Virus genome (UHGV): UHGV-0258057
From: a virus
Reading direction: 5' to 3' (one strand)
DNA length: 14,263 bases
Shown here: positions 8,263-14,263 of the stretch, one piece after another
Numbering within the stretch: the first letter of the stretch is position 1
Layout of the letters: the number at the start of each line of letters is the position of its first letter
Notes under the pieces: generated by a model
Database searches by the model: none
What the model was told of the DNA's origin: nothing
What the model saw: only the letters and a program-made list of their open reading frames with translations
Made by a program: the position numbers and the translations under genes

Positions 8263-8499
8263 CTACGCAGTTTGTGAGTTAGCACCGTCCGCTTCTGGCA
8301 CGTAGGGGACCAACCAGCTGGTCCTCAGGTCCGATATGAGCGAGAAGCTAAAATTCGCAGTTGTTCCCAAAGTCGATGGAGGAATTTTTAACATTACAGT
8401 GTATTTATCAACGGGAAGCAGGTCACTCTCTATGGTTCTCGCATTATTTGTTAACAAAATAACATATTCTTTTGCTTCATCGATAGTATTGAATATCAT
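8263..8499 (-). CDS. Small hypothetical protein, 78 aa, middle gene of the cargo operon
   Basis: ORF with RBS GTGGGA 5 nt upstream of the ATG. The first ~58 codons are AT-rich like the neighbouring genes; the last ~20 codons read through a GC-rich hairpin element, so the true C-terminus is uncertain. Confidence 0.4.
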   Translation of the reverse strand: MIFNTIDEAKEYVILLTNNARTIESDLLPVDKYTVMLKIPPSTLGTTANFSFSLISDLRTSWLVPYVPEADGANSQTA

Positions 8500-8587
8500 A
8501 AGTTCCCACTTAACATCGATATCTGCGGTAACTGATTAACACAAAGAAATTCATCCAATAGCAGAGAATAACTTTGAGTTTTAGATT

Positions 8588-9430
8588 TTAAAAAACCTTC
8601 AGCCATAATGTTTCGAGCCTTGTGCCAATCACGCCTTTTCCAATGTTATCCAGCCCTCGAACCATTGCGTATAAGCCACCTAATATTTGAATCCCTTCCT
8701 TTACACCTAAAGACGAATAGTCAAAAGTTGGAAAGAGGACGTAATAAGACATAATTACCCCAATACAACACTCGAAAACTCCATAGGAAAGACGGAAATT
8801 TTCTCTGTACCAAAATAGTATGAGTCCTAAAACGGGTAAACCCATCATTGTCCCCCAAACTGTAATGGTAGATACCAGTACTTCCATATTGGAATAGACG
8901 ATGTTTGCGACTAGAGAAGCAAGCCCGCCGAGCACAAAACTGGCTTTTAGGTAACGCTTTTGAGATGAAACAGCTTTTTCTGCTTTCTCTTCTATTTCTT
9001 TATTTAGAAAATCGCCTTTGCTTTCATTTATAAACTCAATGCCAGTCATAGATGTAATATTCCGACTAGCAAGAAAATAAGACAAGGCACGATCATTGGT
9101 CACGACGCAAGGAACTTCTTCTCCTTGCCGTTCTGCGTAAGAAATAGCTATTCGAGCAATATCAAAGTCTGCCCCAGTCAAACGCTGAGCATTTCTATCG
9201 GATTGGAAGATGTCGTTTTTTATTTTTTCAGGCGCTTCAACTATGAGCACACCAGCGGGAATTGACGAGGCCACTAAATCAGTAATATCTGACCATTTGT
9301 TGCTTTTCCCTCTATATGAAAGCTCATGCATCACAGCTCTTGGGATAACTAGCTTCCGATTTCCAGCTCTAGACAATATCTCCGGATGCTGCAATAAAAC
9401 ATTAGTATCTATTATGTATCTACTTGGCAT
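8588..9430 (-). CDS. PIN-domain nuclease fused to a C-terminal ~3-TM membrane domain, 280 aa; candidate defence component
   Basis: The N-terminus YIIDTNVLL...KLVIPRAVMHELS...TNDRAL follows the PIN pattern (first-strand Asp, then Glu, then the C-terminal TND motif), resembling the YlaK/PhoH-like PIN. The C-terminal ~110 aa has three hydrophobic stretches (FVLGGLASLVANIVY..VLVSTITVWGTMMGLPVLGLILFWY; GVFECCIGVIMSYYVLFPTF; IQILGGLYAMVRGL). RBS AGGGA upstream. Confidence 0.55.
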   Translation of the reverse strand: MPSRYIIDTNVLLQHPEILSRAGNRKLVIPRAVMHELSYRGKSNKWSDITDLVASSIPAGVLIVEAPEKIKNDIFQSDRNAQRLTGADFDIARIAISYAERQGEEVPCVVTNDRALSYFLASRNITSMTGIEFINESKGDFLNKEIEEKAEKAVSSQKRYLKASFVLGGLASLVANIVYSNMEVLVSTITVWGTMMGLPVLGLILFWYRENFRLSYGVFECCIGVIMSYYVLFPTFDYSSLGVKEGIQILGGLYAMVRGLDNIGKGVIGTRLETLWLKVF

Positions 9431-9587
9431 AAGCTATCCCTGATACCTTAATTTATCAAATAAAACGGTATGTAAACATATAAAACATAACTTCACAACT
9501 CACTTATCACTGCAAGTTTCCCAACCAGGCAAGCCATGTGCTTAGATATCTGACCTAACGTTTCTAAATTGATGAATGTCCGCTATT

Positions 9588-9628
9588 GGCACAGAGCGGA
9601 CTGTCAGATTAGGCTTTACTCTGTGCCA
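9588..9628. repeat. 10-bp perfect inverted repeat with 21-nt loop, between the G stop and the cargo operon start
   Basis: tggcacagag (9588-9597) pairs with ctctgtgcca (9619-9628). There is no U-run on either side, so it is not a canonical intrinsic terminator; it may be a protein-binding site or the boundary of the cargo insertion. Confidence 0.4.
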
Positions 9629-9661
9629 TAGATATGTAAGCTCCCACCAGAGCTCATACAC

Positions 9662-10189
9662 TTATTGCGGCATTTCCGGCCATTCAGGATTTGCAGTATC
9701 CACACGACTGACAAGAACGCTGTAGCGTTCCCATGCCTCCAGTCGACTGCGCTCCTCATCTGTTGCCATATTCAGCCTGACAGCGCGCTCCAGCGGCAAA
9801 ATCACGGATTCGGCTTCGGAAAGCAAAGTTGCCTTTTGTGATTCTGCCAGTTGCTGCTGTTCGTCTGCCGTATAAATCCGCTTAATCACTGCACCATCCT
9901 TAAACATCCATTTACCTGAGTCATCAGCACGCCGGTTGGCAGTAATATCAGGAACCTCAACGACGCTAAAACCTTCAGGATTAAGCGTTGAAGCATCTCT
10001 GGTGATGGCGACAATAATATTATTTTCATCATAAACAATCTTTATTGTCTCTGGCTGAAAATTACTTACTTCCTCATACCAGTTTTTTCCGTCTTCGGAC
10101 CATAACCAGATAACATCAAAATTCTTTGTTAGCTGATATTGCTCTTTTGTTTTTGGATTACCTGACTTAATGTTCTTTAAATGCTGCAT
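9662..10189 (-). CDS. G: Tail fibre assembly protein G (Tfa chaperone), 175 aa
   Basis: A 175-aa ORF immediately downstream of tail fibre gene H; size and position match P2 gpG. Confidence 0.8.
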   Translation of the reverse strand: MQHLKNIKSGNPKTKEQYQLTKNFDVIWLWSEDGKNWYEEVSNFQPETIKIVYDENNIIVAITRDASTLNPEGFSVVEVPDITANRRADDSGKWMFKDGAVIKRIYTADEQQQLAESQKATLLSEAESVILPLERAVRLNMATDEERSRLEAWERYSVLVSRVDTANPEWPEMPQ

Positions 10190-10192
10190 AAC

Positions 10193-12238
10193 TTATACCT
10201 GCGCAACGTTATACCATGTGCCATTGATGTATTTTTGTATTGGTCTGAATACTGCCGGATCATCGCCATCAACTTCACCGACAATACCAAGCCCCGTAAT
10301 TGCATGGCCTGATTTTTCATACATCACGCCTTTCTGCATGGTCTGCACAACACGTGTGCCAAGTCTGATATCTCTCACATAGCGGGAATCAAAGTTACCG
10401 TAATCCGAGGGATTAACACGCCCCGTAATATTTATGGTCTTATTACTTTGAATGCTTCCGGAGACAAAGCGCATAACATGGACGTTATTAGCATAAACAT
10501 CTAGATTACCATCGCCATTTTGTTTAAATCCGGTGTCGCTATCACCAAGAACAATAGAGTTCCCACCCAACGCGTTATTCGTGCCAAGTGCCAGCCCGCC
10601 ATCAATCCTGGCACCATTACCAACAGACACAACTCCTGTTCTTAAGTTGATACCGAATGGCCTTAATGGCCCGATATCCCCATTTTCACCCTCATTTTCT
10701 CGTGTAGGGATGATATACAGGTTTTCTTCAGAACGGCGAAAAATAGCACCAAAAGATGAATTAAATATCCTCAGTGCATTGACTGTAGATATTTTTACTT
10801 CACTGCTGAAAAGGGCTTTAACAAGAACATACAGAGCATCCCATTTAAGATGCATCAGGTCTTTTGTTGTGGTGCTCTGGCGACTTCTCCATTTGAAATA
10901 TTCATTGCCGTTGTCGCCTGTTTCAAACCACATATATGAATCAGTATCGCTGTCGGCATCATTTTTAAATCCAATCTTTGCCCAGTCAGTATTTCGAATC
11001 CAGGCAAGGATTGAGTCGTTTTCAAATGTAAGCCCACCGGACAAGGTATCGCCATTCTTTTGCACCGCGTTCCTGGCTCGGTTTTCCGTTTCCTGTAAAC
11101 CGAGATATTCGATAACGGCGGCAACGGTCGATTTCGCAAGAATATCTCGCCCGACTTTTGTCAGGATTGCCAGGCTGGCAACATCATTCCCCGTAAAATA
11201 CGGAAACCTGTCTGCCGCAGTAACAAGCCCCGCCAGCGCCGTCAAAGTGGCATCTTTCGGTTGCTTACCCGCAAGCGCATTAGTCATGGTGATAGCAAAA
11301 TTCGGGTCATTGCCCAGCGCCGCTGCCAGCTCGTTCAGCGTATTCAGTGCGTCAGGCGACGAGTCTACAAGGGCGGCAATCGCGGCCATAACGAAAGCCG
11401 TGTTTGCGATCTGAGTATTATTCGTTCCCTGTCGCGCAGTTGGCGTCGTTGGCGTTCCGGTCAGTGCAGGGCTGTTTAATGGCGCTTTTTGGTTCGTTTC
11501 ATCCATTACCGTCTTAACAGCTTTTGGTGTTGCGGCGAGCGTTTCAGACATGCTGTTGGTCGCACTACTTAGCTGGACAAGACCTTTTCGCGCTGTGGTA
11601 GCGTCCTGTGCGGTATATTTCCCGTTAGCAAGGTCATATGCGGCCTTAACCGCTTTCGGCGTTGCGGCCAGTGTTTCAGATATGCTGTTGGTCGCACTGC
11701 TTAACTGAGTAAAACCTTTTGCGGTCAGCGAGGCGTCAGGGTGACGTCGTGACTGTTCATGTTCTGCAATTTTGTCATCAACGTAATCCTGCGTTGCCAT
11801 CACCGTTGTGGTGTCAATGGTCAGCGCCACTGAGGCCACACTGCTGACGATGATGACCATGCGGCAGGTCTGCGAACGCCCTGAGCCTTCGGCAAGGGCA
11901 GGCTTATAACTTTCGGCCATGTTCGCCACGGCAATTAACGTTCCCGCATCATCGTACAGGCCAAGCTCACGCATCCAGAAACCGCCCACCTCCGGCGGAA
12001 TAACCAGCTCTGCGATAATATAATTACTGTTTCGTTTGTCCTGGCTGATTTTGTTCAGCGCATGTCGCCAGACTTCGTGGATAAGCCCGGTCTGTCCGGC
12101 ATCCGGGACAGGCAATTTACCACCGCCATCCCCGACGGCCATCGTGGTAATGTTGACCTTCCGCCCTCCCGGCGCGGTTGCCGCTGCCAGCTTTGCTGCA
12201 CCGGCAGTGGTGATAACGGTTCTGAATTTTGTGCTCAT
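10193..12238 (-). CDS. H: Tail fibre protein H, 681 aa
   Basis: Large ORF between I and G; contains a duplicated QLSSATNS(I/M)SETLAATPKAVK motif characteristic of P2 H/Stf-type fibres and a compositionally distinct C-terminal domain. Confidence 0.85.
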   Translation of the reverse strand: MSTKFRTVITTAGAAKLAAATAPGGRKVNITTMAVGDGGGKLPVPDAGQTGLIHEVWRHALNKISQDKRNSNYIIAELVIPPEVGGFWMRELGLYDDAGTLIAVANMAESYKPALAEGSGRSQTCRMVIIVSSVASVALTIDTTTVMATQDYVDDKIAEHEQSRRHPDASLTAKGFTQLSSATNSISETLAATPKAVKAAYDLANGKYTAQDATTARKGLVQLSSATNSMSETLAATPKAVKTVMDETNQKAPLNSPALTGTPTTPTARQGTNNTQIANTAFVMAAIAALVDSSPDALNTLNELAAALGNDPNFAITMTNALAGKQPKDATLTALAGLVTAADRFPYFTGNDVASLAILTKVGRDILAKSTVAAVIEYLGLQETENRARNAVQKNGDTLSGGLTFENDSILAWIRNTDWAKIGFKNDADSDTDSYMWFETGDNGNEYFKWRSRQSTTTKDLMHLKWDALYVLVKALFSSEVKISTVNALRIFNSSFGAIFRRSEENLYIIPTRENEGENGDIGPLRPFGINLRTGVVSVGNGARIDGGLALGTNNALGGNSIVLGDSDTGFKQNGDGNLDVYANNVHVMRFVSGSIQSNKTINITGRVNPSDYGNFDSRYVRDIRLGTRVVQTMQKGVMYEKSGHAITGLGIVGEVDGDDPAVFRPIQKYINGTWYNVAQV

Positions 12239-12248
12239 TATTCCTCAC

Positions 12249-12779
12249 TTATCCGGGGTAAACCGTAATTACATCGCCGTCGTAAGCCACACAACCGGCG
12301 AACAGGTAGCCGGGAATGTCCCGGGTAATGTTCAGGCCAATAAGGTGGCGACTTGCAGGTTTGGCATCAGCAATCAGCCGTTCCATTTCCTGATACATTG
12401 CCTCTGTGATGCCGCTTTCCAGTACACCAATATCAAGCCTGAAGGTGCCTGGCGGGTCACTGTTTTCCCACCACTCCGTCACGTTGATGAGATAGCCGAG
12501 CGGCTCCACCACACGCCGGATTGCGCCGATAGTGCCTTTATGACAGTGGATGAAATAGGCATCGCGGATAACGGCGCGTTTTGTCGCTTCCGGCCACTTT
12601 TCATCCCACCTGTCGACCGAAAACGCCCACGCCAGCCACGGCAGCAGATTTGCCGGGCAGGTGTCCGGGTTCCACAGCTCACGAATACTGACCGGCGTTT
12701 TTTCAATTTCCGCACAGGCTTTTGCGGCGGCGACTTCAAGCGGTGATGAGCCGGTCGACAGCAGTCGCGAATCACTCAT
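12249..12779 (-). CDS. I: Baseplate assembly protein I, 176 aa
   Basis: A 176-aa ORF between J and H whose start overlaps the J stop by 8 nt; size and position match P2 gpI. Confidence 0.85.
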   Translation of the reverse strand: MSDSRLLSTGSSPLEVAAAKACAEIEKTPVSIRELWNPDTCPANLLPWLAWAFSVDRWDEKWPEATKRAVIRDAYFIHCHKGTIGAIRRVVEPLGYLINVTEWWENSDPPGTFRLDIGVLESGITEAMYQEMERLIADAKPASRHLIGLNITRDIPGYLFAGCVAYDGDVITVYPG

Positions 12780-13680
12780 CCGAGCCTCCGGTCACGACGC
12801 TGTATTCGGTGCAGAAAGACGCCTGCGTACTGTTGAGCACAATGTCGGCCAGTGGTGCGGCCAGCTCGACACGCTGCACGCCTTCCACATGCAACGCGGC
12901 ATAAATGGCAGACAGACGGATGTCGCGCCCCAGCCGGTGCTGTGCCGTGATGTACGCTTCCAGCTTTTTCACGGCAGCAGCGCGGATGGGTTCGCTTTCG
13001 GGACCAGGGTAAAGGTAAAGCGTGGCGTTTATCTGGTATTCAACGATGGCGGCAGACTGCACGGTCACGCGGTCGGCCACCGGCCTGACGTCCTCGCCAT
13101 TAAGGGCGTTACGCACCACGGCCAGCAGGTCTTCGGATGCGACGCCGTTATTTTCACGTGACAGCACAGAGATAGTGACGCAGGCCGGAGACGGACTGGT
13201 GACAGAGATATCCGCGACACGCCCGTCGGCACTGCGGCCATGATACTGATAGGCTCCCACCGACCCGGCGACGCTTAAGCCCTCAAATGCCTGCTGAATA
13301 CGCAGACGATAATCGGTGTCAGATTCCATCACTGCCGGTGTCGGCGGAATGGTCGAATCATCTGCCGGGGTGATAATCAGGCGCGTGGTGTTGTAATTGG
13401 CACCAATTACATCAAGGTCATTACCGGCGGCACAAGCCAGCATCACCGCCCGTGCGGCCTCATTCACACGCTGACGCCAGATAAGCTCACGATAAGCATT
13501 TTCCTCCAGCAGTTTGACGAGAGGCTCAGATTCCAGCGTCAGGGTACGGGCGACCGCCTCCTGCTGGTCTTCCGGGTAAAGGGAAATCAGTGTCGCCTTG
13601 CGTTCGGCAAGAATGGTTTCAAAGTCCAGCTCCTCGACCACATCCGGTGCGGGTAGCTGATTCAGGTCGATAATCGGCAT
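12772..13680 (-). CDS. J: Baseplate wedge protein J, 302 aa
   Basis: A 302-aa ORF between W and I; size and position match P2 gpJ. Confidence 0.85.
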   Translation of the reverse strand: MPIIDLNQLPAPDVVEELDFETILAERKATLISLYPEDQQEAVARTLTLESEPLVKLLEENAYRELIWRQRVNEAARAVMLACAAGNDLDVIGANYNTTRLIITPADDSTIPPTPAVMESDTDYRLRIQQAFEGLSVAGSVGAYQYHGRSADGRVADISVTSPSPACVTISVLSRENNGVASEDLLAVVRNALNGEDVRPVADRVTVQSAAIVEYQINATLYLYPGPESEPIRAAAVKKLEAYITAQHRLGRDIRLSAIYAALHVEGVQRVELAAPLADIVLNSTQASFCTEYSVVTGGSDE

Positions 13681-13684
13681 GGTT

Positions 13685-14032
13685 TCAACTCACAGGAATG
13701 GTTAACGAAAGTGGCTGGCCGGTGTCGTTGTGCTGACCGGTTAACGTGACCGTCATTCGCCCGTCAAAACTGCGCTCAGTGGTGACGGATGACAGGGTGA
13801 CGCGGGGTTCCCATTTCAGTACCGCCATGTAACAGGCGACCTTAATCTGCAACTCAAGCGCCAGGGTCTGCGGCTGGTCAATCATTGACGCCAGCAACGA
13901 ACCGTAATCACGACGCATCACCCGTGAGCCGACCGGCGTGCGCAGGATATCGCCGATACTCTGGCTGATATGCTCAAGGTCAGTGACAGTCAGGCCATCA
14001 CAGCGATTCATTCCGAGATAACGTGCTGTCAT
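13685..14032 (-). CDS. W: Baseplate protein W (gp25/lysozyme-like wedge subunit), 115 aa
   Basis: A 115-aa ORF immediately upstream of J; size and position match P2 gpW. Confidence 0.85.
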   Translation of the reverse strand: MTARYLGMNRCDGLTVTDLEHISQSIGDILRTPVGSRVMRRDYGSLLASMIDQPQTLALELQIKVACYMAVLKWEPRVTLSSVTTERSFDGRMTVTLTGQHNDTGQPLSLTIPVS

Positions 14033-14263
14033 AGAGGACTCCCGGTTGTGCCGCCGCTGTCGCCGGGGTGTTTATGGGTATGCAGTATCCGCCGTGGCTG
14101 TCTGGAATATGACGTCAGCGCCACCGACATCACCAGCTCGTTTATGGCTATCCGCAAGACCATGACCAGCAGCGGACGCAGTGCCACCTATGAGGCCAGC
14201 CGCAGCGAGGAAGCCAGCCACGCCGACCTCGCCTGGGCGACCATGCACGCCCTGTTAAATGAG
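14033..14263 (+). CDS. Partial plus-strand ORF running off the window edge; possibly the 3' portion of a terminase large-subunit (gpP-like) gene left by a deletion
   Basis: The minus strand has stop codons in all three frames across 14072-14257, so gene V cannot be here. One plus frame is open from W to the edge and reads ...SGRSATYEASRSEEASHADLAWATMHALLNE, which resembles the conserved H-D-D-L-A motif near the C-terminus of terminase nuclease domains. Orientation fits P2, where P is transcribed opposite to the tail operons. Confidence 0.3.

Larger units (their letters stand above)
114..14263. mobile_element. P2-like prophage right arm (baseplate, tail fibre, sheath/tube, tape measure, late-control genes plus ogr), running off the right edge
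   Basis: Gene order, strand and product sizes match the P2 late tail region W-J-I-H-G-[Z/fun]-FI-FII-E-T-U-D-ogr; an att-core-like sequence sits just beyond ogr. Confidence 0.85.

Noticed and set aside
8261-8324. tRNA, tRNA fragment or REP element at the GC-rich hairpins
   Set aside because: No cloverleaf, no T-loop or acceptor-stem signature, and no match to the E. coli REP consensus as I recall it; kept as an unexplained structured element instead.
8336-8539. Plus-strand 67-aa ORF antisense to the small cargo gene
   Set aside because: No RBS and a hydrophobic low-complexity translation; the minus-strand ORF has an RBS and sits in the operon orientation.
9210-9443. Plus-strand 77-aa ORF antisense to the PIN-TM gene
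   Set aside because: It lies inside the PIN-TM coding region on the opposite strand with no supporting signals.
6972-9661. CRISPR array, retron or toxin-antitoxin RNA repeat in the cargo island
   Set aside because: No regularly spaced direct repeats, no reverse transcriptase gene and no tandem short repeats were seen.
10170-12775. ORFs 10170-10382 (+), 10533-11414 (+), 10855-11139 (-), 11261-11479 (+), 12036-12746 (+), 12062-12268 (+), 12479-12775 (-), 12661-13161 (+), 12722-12904 (+), 13022-13243 (+)
   Set aside because: All overlap the H, I or J genes in other frames or antisense; none has independent support.
14074-14112. Short plus ORF MGMQYPPWLSGI
   Set aside because: Only 12 codons with no context; the longer open plus frame is the more plausible coding frame.
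14033-14263. Gene V (baseplate spike) on the minus strand upstream of W
   Set aside because: Stop codons occur in all three minus-strand frames within this interval, so no V-length ORF can exist here.

Overview
This window is the right arm of a P2-like (Peduovirus-type) prophage in an enterobacterial genome, with every supported gene on the minus strand. Reading from high to low coordinates the order is W, J, I, H, G, a cargo island, FI, FII, E/E+E', T, U, D and ogr, followed by an ogr terminator and a 27-nt stretch matching the remembered P2 att core (114-140). Product sizes match P2 (W 115, J 302, I 176, G 175, FI 396, FII 172, E 91, E+E' 142, T 815, U 159, D 387, Ogr 72 aa); H is 681 aa against 669 in P2. 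The main finding is the AT-rich cargo island between G and FI (about 6972-9661), the position of the P2 Z/fun defence hotspot. It carries a three-gene minus-strand operon: a PIN-domain nuclease with about three C-terminal TM helices, a 78-aa small protein, and a stand-alone SIR2-like (NADase-family) protein. I cannot assign this combination to any named defence system from memory, so it is a candidate undescribed anti-phage or abortive-infection module. Secondary observations: a GC-rich tandem-hairpin element and an 8-nt poly-C tract inside the island, the E/E' -1 frameshift site, and an abnormal right junction where gene V is missing upstream of W. All homology statements come from reading the translations and from recalled family knowledge; no searches were run.
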